A stretch of DNA of 64,000 bases, from NCBI RefSeq assembly GCF_030684315.1, contig NC_081401.1:2676582-2740581 (forward strand). Reading direction: 5' to 3'. Origin of the DNA: Stegostoma tigrinum. Lineage: Eukaryota. Both the position numbers and the translations under genes were made by a program. Positions 38,301 to 49,245 of the stretch are shown in pieces. The notes under the pieces were generated by a model. It searched no databases, had not been told where the DNA came from, and was given only the letters and a program-made list of their open reading frames with translations. The first letter of the stretch is position 1. Every line of letters begins with the position of its first letter.

Positions 38301-38869
38301 GCTGGAGACAACAACATCAGGGTTCACATCTCATCAACAATCACTGTGTATCCCAGAAGGATGTCAGAAAACAAATAGAAAGACCATGATACACCCCCAT
38401 GCACCCGCTCAGCAACACTTCGTGAGGTAAAGTATAAATAATGCAAATATACTTATCACTTACTCTTTCTGTCGCTGATTTCAAAACTTCATCGCCTTTT
38501 CGTTCCAATGGTCTGTGAGACCCAACAATACCAGCTCAGTCCTCGCCCCCTTCTTTTTAAAAATTCCAAGCCCCATCCCATCATAAAGAATTGTTTCGTC
38601 AATTCACTTCGACTGGCGATTTCAACTGTCCATCGGCCTGTACGACCAAACCCCTGCTTTAGTATGATCAGTTTCCTGCAAATGATGTGTATCACCCTGT
38701 AACTCCATACTTGCAGTCCTCTAACTTGACTATTAACATATGCCCACCAAACCCTCGCTACTCTCTTGCCCATTGCTCAAACCCTAGCGTCCAGTCCAAA
38801 TGTAGCTCACAGCTCGATCAGGAGGCTTTCCCTCATTGATGGTCCACTGTGCTTTCAACCTCAACCTAC

Positions 38870-38940
38870 TGTTCGCTCTTCATTGGTGCGGCACCTCCTG
38901 CCCCCCGCCCCCCGGTACTCTCTCTCCTGATTGGGTGCTG
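38870..38940 (-). promoter_or_regulatory. Candidate promoter (two CCAAT boxes flanking a GC box) upstream of the minus-strand pseudogene
   Basis: Plus strand ATTGG at ~38882 and ~38930, CCCCGCCC at ~38903. Confidence 0.35.
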
Positions 38941-39836
38941 CACCTCTTCTCTCCATCCCTTTCATTGCCACACAATGGCTTCTGTTAGCACCCTAATGTT
39001 CTGCATTGTTTATTCCCATCGATCATCCCCTATCAGTCAAATACTATTCCACGATGATTGACCTCATAGGGCGCAATTCACTCCTCCATGTCCCATCTTT
39101 CTTGCAGTTCGAAGGATGGATTGCTCTGCCCGAAACTTAAACTCTGATTTATTTCAGAAATCCTGAGAGACCTGCGAACTTTTCGAGCAATTTCCACTTT
39201 GGACCATGATTTACAGCGTCTCTCCTTCCTTCAGTTTCTATCCTGCCAAGCAACATCTGACTGTTTCCATGCATTGACTATCAGGGAAGTGCTACCATTA
39301 AGCTGAGACCAACTCTGTGACTCTGGATTGCCTCATCACCAATGATCCCATGAGAGTCGACTGTCGAGGCAGAAGTGTGGCAGCAACATGTTTACTGTCA
39401 AGGCAGGTTAGATAGTTCTCAGAATCATTCCCAATAACTGTCTCCCCGTGAGAAGTAGTATATATCAGCACAAGACAGTCACTGTTTACACACTCTCACC
39501 CACAATCACCAGATTGCATGTTTGAAGCAATTTGTCGAAGCCAATATGAACTCGAAAAAATTGGCTGCACCATAATCATCTTACTTTCTCTGAAAAACAA
39601 AGTTGAGAAGAAAAGCCATACCTCCAGCTTCTGTTAACACTTCCGTTACAGCCTGAACGCCTTGAGCAAGAAAATATTGTCAGTTTGCTGGGACATTAGA
39701 TCCAGGCTCCATATAAACCAACTGAACTACATTGCAGAGGCTGTTTGATGCCAGAAAAGATAGGGAGGGTCAATAGAAATGAATGTGGATTTACAACATG
39801 AAGGGTGGGAAGATTTCATCTTACTCCCTCACTTTT

Positions 39837-40471
39837 AGAACATAGAACATAGAACATAGAACAGTACAGCACAGAACAGGCCCTTCAGCCCACAATGTTG
39901 TGCCGACCATTGATCCTCATGGATGCACCCTCAAATTTCTGTGACCATATGCATGTCCAGCAGTCTCTTAAATGACCCCAATGACCTTGCTTCCACAACT
40001 GCTGCTGGCAACGCATTCCATGTTCTCACAACTCTCTGCGTAAAGAACCTGCCTCTGACATCCCCTCTATACTTTCCACCAACCAGCTTAAAACTATGAC
40101 CCCTCGTGCTAGCCATTTCTGCCCTGGGAAATAGTCTCTGGCTATCGACTCTATCTATGCCTCTCATTATCTTGTATACCTCAATTAGGTCCCCTCTCCT
40201 CCTCCTTTTCTCCAATGAAAAGAGACCGAGCTCAGTCAACCTCTCTTCATAAGATAAGCCCTCCAGTCCAGGCAGCATCCTGGTAAACCTCCTCTGAACC
40301 CTCTCCAAAGCATCCACATCTTTCCTATAATAGGGCGCCCAGAACTGGACGCAGTATTCCAAGTGCGGTCTAACCAAAGTTTTATAGAGCTGCAACAAGA
40401 TCTCACGACTCTTAAACTCAATCCCCCTGTTAATGAAAGCCAAAACACCATATGCTTTCTTAACAACCCTG
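39837..40471 (-). mobile_element. Young 5'-truncated CR1 LINE
   Basis: Uninterrupted 170-aa ORF2 C-terminus (LYKTLVRPHLEYCVQFWAP...FFTQRVVRTWNALP) and (agaacat)n tail at 39837-39863. Confidence 0.95.
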
Positions 40472-42639
40472 TTTACTAACTTTCTCTCTCCCCTTTTCTC
40501 CCTCCCCTTTTTCCTTGCCAGTCATTTCCCTCAAACTCTATCTCGTCTGACTGTTTATCCTTTTTTGATTCTTTCTTTTTCATATGACCGTCACACCCAC
40601 GACAGTCCCACTCCTTTCTGTCTTCAGACCCGCTACTATTTTAACCCATACATAACTCTTCCTTCTCTCCTTCTCTCTCCCTCCCCTTCTCTCTCTCTTC
40701 CCCCTTGTCCATAAATGTTTCACCAAGGTTAGGTTTCGACTTTTTGTTGGTTCCTATTAGTGATCTCCTCAAAAGCCCGTCTCCCAGTATCATCAAGGGT
40801 CTGGTTGAGGCGTGCAGCAAAATTAACCTGTCGACTGAGGACTGTTCCGAGTTAGCTCTGCCCAGGCGCTTTGCTGAATCATTGCCTAAACGGGAGGTAG
40901 GCTGCCTCACGCGTTGGAGATGCTGAAAGTGATGACGCCACTTGGGAGAGGTTGTATGCACCCTGTCCCACTAATCAACAAATGCCACATTCCCAGTTGA
41001 TCAGCACAGCCCCAGCCTTAGGAATTGGTGGAGATCAGGCTAAATATCATTTTCTTCTGCACTGAAATCATTTGGCACAACAGGGGCAGGGATAGTATTG
41101 GACTGGAGGAAAGACTGTCCCCATCACCAACGGGGACAGAATGGAACTAGATCCAGAATAAATCTCTCTCTAACCTCCTTGTGTGACATTGTCGTAAAAC
41201 AAGACAACACAGGGTTAGATGCACAGTAAAGCTTCCTCTCTCCTGACCACATTGTTCACTTCCAGGACACAACAGCCCATGGTTAGACATAGAATAAAAG
41301 TACCTCTGCAGTGTCAACACCAATCACTCCCGTGACATTGAAAGGATAGCATTAGATATCGAATATATTTACCTATACCCTGTCTCCATCTATCACGGAG
41401 CTTTATACTGGTTAAAGCAAACAAGCATAAAACCTTCTTCACCACGTTGTCTACTCGTGCGGACACTTTTAAGGAACCAGGATGTGTGAGTTAATCTTTC
41501 GGCATACCAAACAACTTCATGTCGATGGACTAAACAGCTTATAGAAAGCATCGTTTGTGCAATTGCTGGTTGATCCCGTTGGCTGACCATTCTTTTCTTT
41601 GCAGCTTTCCTCCCGTATCTTCAGGAAGCCAGAGAGCATTTTTTACAAACTTTGGTTTGGAACTGTAGTTTAATAATCTCTGAGTGGAAACTGAACCTAA
41701 TTCACATGAAGTAGCAATTAACTGCAGCCTCTGGGGGAGTGACATTATCTCACTTATATGTTGCCTGTTTTGCTTAAGAAGGATTTATCTCACAATGTCT
41801 TATCTGAGCGGAACAGGGCGAGCGCTGTGTCAAACCCAATACTGAGAAAGACTTACGATCCACCACAGAGAGCAAGGCTCGGATGAAATCTCAGAGAATT
41901 TTACAGGAATGGATCAGGACCTGGGAACAACACTCCTCTGGTTACAACATTGTATGAGAGCTTTTCCTACCAGCTGAACAACATTTATGAGAATCATCAA
42001 TAGATGAACGCAGAATCATCTACATATTGAACTGCTTTGTATCTGCAAAATTGTAATAATCGCCTTCTGGCTATTGTTCAAAACCAAATTAAGTGCTTTT
42101 CGTCAGTGACTGATGCTGTAAAATGTACAAGGTTTGTGGTTTTTGAGAAGGTTCTGTATGTAACAATGAAAAGTACTGACCACGGAGAATGGTACTAATG
42201 TTCTTTCAATGCACTCGTTCACAATGTTTCAAACAGGAATACTGACCTAATGTGAAGCAAGCCACATCATTCTTGAATTTCTAAAACTATGAATGTAAGT
42301 TTGCATGCGCAATTTTGTAAGTGTGTTGAACAAGACATAATCGAACACTATCACGTGGACTCTAAGATAATAAATTTTACAAAGTTTTCAACTTATTATT
42401 CATATGGCACCTTTACCAGGAGAAAGATAAACTGCATTAATATTAATGATTTAATTCGGGACTTTTTGATCACACACAGGAAGACACAGTAAAACAACTA
42501 ATCAAAAGGAAAAAAAAATGGAAACATCACAGCCATGATAATTGAGTAGATAACAAGGACTGCAAGTGCTGGAGAATCCGAGATTACAAAGTGTGGGGCT
42601 GGATGAATCCAGCAGATCAAGCAGCATCTTAGGAGCTCT

Positions 42640-43511
42640 AAACAGGTGAAATCGATCGGGTGTGTACTGGACTGGGTACAGGCCTGTGAGTCATCTTACA
42701 AAATATAATGACAGAAACCTGAACGGCCTGTTGTCTTCGATCCTTTAGACAATGATAACTTATTGGCCAAGGCTTAGTTTTGTTTTGTCTGCCATGCGTG
42801 AGGCTTTGCATTTCCTTCTCACAGCTATTGTCTCCCAAAACAACTCTTCCTTTCCAGGGTGTCTATTTCCATCAGAACACCTCGAACCGCATCTTCATGC
42901 TCCTGCATATTCTAATTACAAAACCAGTTTTGAACTTCCTGACACAGATTCCCCTGCAACTCCATCAGCCGAGTAAAACAGAAAATGTCTCGGAATTTAT
43001 GATGGCGTTGGATGCAGTATCTCTTAACCAAATCCGTCAACTCTTGAAATATTTTGATATCGGGTGCCTCAGGAATCAATAGGCTACTGATAACCATAGA
43101 TTTCCACGGGTTTACAAGCTATCAGTAGAGTTAGGCATTGTGTTTCATCTGCGCAAATGTCATTTGCCCAGAAAAAAAAAATAACACGTTATTTACACAC
43201 ATCGAGCCCATTCATTTCGGACGCTTCAAAATAATGGCATAATGCTAGAAATGTGCACCACCAGTCCTAAATGATTCTTCCCAGGGAATTTCATCATAAA
43301 CACATTTGTTTTTCTCACAAAGTCACCCTTTGTTTTAGCATGCATAGTACTTGTCAACAGTCCGTCTATACCAGAGCCAGCTTGCAAGGTGAACAGAACA
43401 TCTGAGAGTCCTGTCACTATCTGCAAGGTATGGCTTCCCGATCATGGCGGTTATTCTTAATCAATCAGGGAACTCACATTCTCTGAGGCCTGGCCGTCTG
43501 ACATTGTTGCA
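42640..43511 (-). mobile_element. Remnant of the Gypsy element in unit B (gag plus 5' LTR)
   Basis: LIPEAPDIKIFQELTDLVKRY; matches 10832-11860 and 12978-13040 without the CR1. Confidence 0.85.
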
Positions 43512-44026
43512 ATTTCTACACTAATATTAACCGGTACACACTGTGTCTGTTGTCCGAACTGATGGACAGACTCCACTCGTGCCGTGTGGCCGATGCAAGG
43601 GATTTGTGCCCTGCCAGTCAAAGAGGCGACTGACACAGCGTTACAGAATTACAGCGCAGTAAGGCCCCATCAGGAGGCCATTTGGACCATTGTTACAGCG
43701 CTGAGTCTATCCCCCAGAGCCAGCCTCTTGCCTTTTCCTCCAGTCCTCGCTAAATGAATATGTTTCCCCCCGTATCATCCTTACAGTTTTTGCAACGCTT
43801 TAAATCTTTGCCCATCTGTCGTTATGATTCATTTTACGGGCTGGAGAAGCTTTTCCCTGTCGAGTTCAAGTTCAAGCCACCGAGTTGACTATGTAAGATG
43901 GCAATTGGAATATTGGCCTCTATGCCAAAGAGAACAGTGTGAAAAACTAAGCTCCTCAAAGTACACAAAATACTAATGAGATCACTGCTGAAATTTATCA
44001 ATAGTTTAGCCCAATGATCAATGGAT

Positions 44027-44060
44027 GTATACATACATATATACATATACATATATACAT
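44027..44060. repeat. (TACA/TATA)n microsatellite within a unit B-specific block (~43597-44150)
   Basis: gtatacatacatatatacatatacatatatacat. Confidence 0.8.
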
Positions 44061-46043
44061 GACTCACGCGGATGATTTGTAGGCTTAATCAAGATTACTT
44101 GGAAATAAAGGGGTTAAGATCGGATTCGTGGAAAGAGATGTATGGAAGAGTTTTTTTTGTCAAATTCACTCGTGGGACATGGACATCTGTCTGGGCCAGG
44201 AGTTATTACCCATCCCTCATTTCTATACGTCCATTGTCTCCAAGAAGAAACATGTGAAACCATATTTAAATGTATTGGCACAGTTGTTCTGAACACACCA
44301 TGTTAAAATGTAACATTACAATCACATTGTATTTTTACGTTGCATCTTTGCTTGCGAACAGACAAATCGGTGAGTGACTGTCTATTGTTCCTTGAGTGTA
44401 AAAAGTCAATGAGACAAAATCTTTATCATTGTACGTGTGTTATTTTTTAATGCGAGAGAATGGAAGATAGTGCAGACAGGGGAGTGGTGTTGGCCGTGGT
44501 GGTGGTTGGAAGGTTTGTATTCTTAATCTGTCCAAAGAACTAACGTAAGGATCTCAAAGAAACCCGACAAACTATCCCAGTCAAATGTTATGAACTGGAA
44601 GTTTCACTTCTTTCTTACCCTTCTATGAATCTACTGGTCTTCATGAGTATTAACTCAAATTGTGGTTTGGGTTTCATTTTCAACATGTCGGTAGATCATG
44701 TCCAAATCCAATGCATTTCTCTGGTTACCTTAAAAATTGCTTAAAATTATTTCATTTCTCTACTAACATAAATATATTCTATCTAATCCTCGAGGCTGTA
44801 TTCTTAATATCGTTGAGTTAGTAGTGGAGCGATGATTCGATTTCTTCAATAATCATAGACTGCTTGTGGATTTCCAGTCACATCGATGCAAATCGTCCAA
44901 GGCTAAAACTCTTGGTGAAGGTCTTCCCGATGGCCTGATCAGTATTTGTCTGCGAAACTACAATAGAAGAGAACAACAAAACGACAAGGCAGACCGATGA
45001 TCTGCTTATTATCAACCCTCTTTGTTAGAACGTGGTATCTGCATATTGTGCACAACTTTGCACTGTAACTGTAGTTTCTATTAGAATAAAACAACCTTGA
45101 TGACTGAACTTAGAGACTGTGCAACAATTATTTGAGTAAGAACTGGATTGTGTAATTTTTAATTCACTATGATGTAAACAGCTCCACATATGTGATGGCG
45201 GGAGTGTTATCTGTGGAGAGATTGGGTTATTAGGATTATATTCAGTGGAGTTTCTAAGATTGTGTTGAGGGATCTGAAGACACCTTTAAAGTTCTTACAA
45301 TACTTAATAGTGCAGATACAGAAAGACCGTGCCTGATTGGTGGGAACAGCTGAACCAGGGGGCCACTGTACAAAGATAAGTTTTAGGGCGCTGAGGGCTC
45401 AGATGTCAAGAAATTACTTCACACAGGAATGATGAGTCACTGGAATTCTCTACCACGTGAAACTGTTAATCCAAAACATGAAAGACTTTCTTGAAAGATG
45501 TAAACATTTTAAGTACGAAGGAGATGAAAGTGTCTGGGCAGAAAGCAGTTTCATAGGACAGAGTTGGACAAATAGTTCTGAGGAACTGCCATCGGGCCCA
45601 AAACTTTAACTAGTTATTTTTTCCTTCACAGATGCTGCCAGGTCTTCTGACCTTTTCCAGCAACTTAGATTTGCTCCTGGCTCTATCTTCTCCTGTTCAT
45701 TGTTTTGAAGATACAGCACATGTTTTTTACTCTATGTCCCTGGGAGGGCCTTTCGACACAAGTTTTAAATAGTTTTCTTTTTTATTTCCACAAATTACAT
45801 ATAAATTATTCAATACATGATAAAATTTGGAGTCAGTGCATTTGATTATCTGAACAAAAAGAACTGTGGATGCTGCTTGATTATCTGCTTGCTCACGCTG
45901 CTCTAATTAAGTAATTTGTTATTCGACTAGATTTGTAGTCTCACTGGAGTTTAGTTCAATATAATAGGTAATTGCATTGACGATATGAATGTCTTTCAGC
46001 AGAAAGAATCATTGAGTCCACAACATCACAGCTTCTCCGGAAA

Positions 46044-49000
46044 ATGGAGTACCCGATTATCTTACAGATAGAGCGTATTTACTATCCTATACTTGCAGCT
46101 GTCGGTGTAGTTGGTAAGAGTATCAATCCACTGTTTTTAAAGAAAGATAATCCATGACTGTACTCTTATATTTCTGTTTGAAATAAAACACACTTGCCAG
46201 GCTTTATTCATTTCTAACGCAAATCATTCTGTCAGAGACTGAAACAAAATTTCTTGGTTTTGCATATGCCTACTAAAGAAAGTCAAGTTTATAAACATTC
46301 TACACGATGTTGAATTCAAAAATAAAGCAGTTGTTCTGAGAACTTCCCATTTGCAGATACTGCAGTAGAAATTGAATTTAAACAATCGTTGAATTGGATG
46401 ACAATTATCCTTAAATGATCCACGAATTTTCTATTGAAAATGAATGCATGACGTGACTGGATGCCAATGTTAGCCAATAGATGATTCTTTTTGGATAATA
46501 ATATTTTACAAGTCTTGTTATTGCGATACATTCATGTAGCTTTCTGTTGTTTGTGATCCACTGAATATGTTCTCATGTGGCACAGTTTCGGCTGACTCAA
46601 ATCCGAGTACAGTGAACAGCACAGCATTATCATTCTGTTTTGTGATTTCCTGAATTGTGACACAGAGGAGGTTAAACTCACAAGCATCAGGCAATTTATT
46701 TAATCTTTCTTTTCTGCTGACTCAATTAATGATTTGTATTGTTTCTTGGGTTAATATTCAGTCTCCACACTACAAGTTGTTAGGTACAATTTGATTGCAT
46801 GAAATGATTGTTGGAATTATCTTCTGGAAGGTTAATAAAGATGTGTTGAATTTGCTCGATGGTTGATTGCATGCAGAATCTAACATTTAGTGCAATTGTC
46901 ATTTGTGGTAAATAATACTTGCGTCATTTCACAAGAGGCTGACAAAAATGCTACATTTTTGACTGTCATTCAGTATGAATTTGTGTCCCTGGGTGTTTTT
47001 GCTGCCATCAATTTTCATACGATTTTCCACTAGAATATTGATAAGGCAGGCTGCGTAAATAAATAATGATCGTCATATCACTTTTTGAATTTACGATCAG
47101 AGTAAATGAAGGTTAATTCATGAAAGAGAATAGATTAATGAACACAGTAAGTGAATTTTCTCACAAGATTTGAGTTAAATATCTCAGTTTACGCCCTTCC
47201 AGAATTACAGTAATCTATGATAAAGTAGTCTTTATTTAATTAACACTTTTTTGTGTTTTCCTACGTTTTCTTTTCTATTCAGCAGATTTTCCCTGGCGCC
47301 GAAATAAAATAAAATTCGTTAATGCAGCAACGTTGATTTCTTCATCCAGAACTTTGGTGCATTTTACTTGGAAATCTGGTTCTTTGATTTCCTCCCAAAT
47401 AAAAAAAACAAAATGTCAGATCCAGCATTTTGCCCCAACAGGATTAGAGAATGGCTCTTTTATTTGATAATTGAAATCAAAAATAAAAAATAAATTGTAC
47501 TACAATTACTTTAATTTGTTCATTACCACGTGTCCTTTTATTCGGTAAGTTTAAGTTTTGTCCAGCTGGAGGTTTTGTTGCACTTTTGTATGTCTTATGA
47601 ACTATTAGGCATACCCATCTCCGCATTGCTGTGCACATGTTTCTGTCATTCCCCGACTTCCTGTCTGTCATTTCCAAAATCGATTCAAAACATATGGCGA
47701 ACATAAATGATGAGTTGTAAGCAGGGATCCTGGTCTACGACACAACTGATAAACAACGTAAAGATGTATTTCTCTTTACTGATACCTTTTAAACATGTTT
47801 CTTACTGTATTTGGTTCTGAAAAAATATGCTTATTTGATCATTAGATGAATATTCTTAGCATGCATGACATTTTACTCTCTTCATTTACATACAAATTGG
47901 GAGTTTGGTAAACATTAAAAAACAAACGGACAATTGTTTTCAGTGAAAACATAAAGCCTATTTTCAGCTTCTATCGGTGCAATAAAAGTTCTATTCTATA
48001 AGACTTTTGTACTTTAAGAAATTGTTTGGGATATGTTTCAAAATTTCAACAATCGACATGTGAATCAACAAGTAATGACACATATCTTTCCAAATTAAAA
48101 GTCAACACCTTTTGGATGTGAATCACTTGTCACATTCAATTTATTTGCTCTTTTCATATTTGCAATCATTTTGTTTACTTACCTTTGTGTTTTTAATTAC
48201 AAGTGAGGATTGGATTATATGTCAAAATAAAGTTGTTTTGACTGATGCATAGCAATTGCTGTGTTTTTGTAATCATTGATGCTTGCTTTGTAGCAGCAGC
48301 CAAAAACAATGTGGTGATGTTCCAGTTTTTTTTCTTTCAGTTAATGTAGTGGCGATGATAATCCTGAGTCGAAGAAACAGTGGCCTCTCCAAATGTATCA
48401 CTTGTTATTTGTTGGCAATGTCAGCATCAGATCTAATACTCGTCATTTTTGATGTTTTACTCAACAGAACTAACAACATTCATTTTCCAGTTACATTCCT
48501 GCACATCACTCCTCTGTGTGCTCTCAGACTTGTTCTGTTCCTTATGGCCCTGGACAATTCTGTTTGGTTCACAGTTGCTTTCACCTTTGATCGATTTATA
48601 GCCATTTGCTGTCATAATCTTAAGTCAAAGTACTGCCACAAGAGAATAGCGATCACAGTTATAGGAGCCATGAGTATTGTCAATTGTTTACGTTCAGTTC
48701 CCTGGTACTTCATATTTGCACCTTCTTTTGTTAAAGATAATGTGCCATGGTTTTGTATCTGAACACCAGAATAGCGTACAACACTCTTTTGGAGAGTTTA
48801 TGAGTGGATCCATAGTATTATGACACCATCGCTTCCAATCATATTAATTCTGGTGTTCAACATTCTCACTGTCAGGATTGTGATTGTGAGCAATCGTGCG
48901 CGCCTGCGTCTCCGGGGTTATGGAAATGTAGAGAGTAGAATCGATCCAGAAATTGTAAACCGTAGAAAATCCATAATTTTACTCTTCACTTTATCTGCTA

Positions 49001-49245
49001 ATTTTATCGTGTTGTGGATGCCAAATGTGGTACATTCTTTTGGCTGGCAAAATGTAAATTATAACTATGAAGACAAGACAAATAGTGATCCCATATTTGT
49101 TTTTCAAGAATTTGGATTCATGCTACGACTTCTGTGCTCTTGTACAAATATATGCATTTATATACTGACCCAGTCAAAATTCAGAGAGGAGTTAAAGAAT
49201 GCACTGAAATATTCATTTCATATAATTGTTAATTTATGCAAATAA
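46044..49245 (+). pseudogene. GPR139/GPR142-like GPCR copy B (exons 46044-46113 and 48341-49245) with two nonsense codons
   Basis: Exon 1 MEYPIILQIERIYYPILAAVGVV+G|GTAAGA; acceptor tttctttcag at 48340; exon 2 is 905 nt, as in copy A. TTA>TGA at 48760-48762 and TAC>TAG at 48772-48774; no frameshift. Confidence 0.92.

Noticed and set aside
40641-40961. 106-aa minus-strand ORF
   Set aside because: Looks like a very decayed Penelope GIY-YIG remnant at best; too weak to annotate.
34721-41770. DNA transposon interpretation of the 7 kb block (gcaacat near both ends in inverted orientation)
   Set aside because: Only ~7 bp, not terminal, no TSD or transposase; deletion from unit A is at least as likely.
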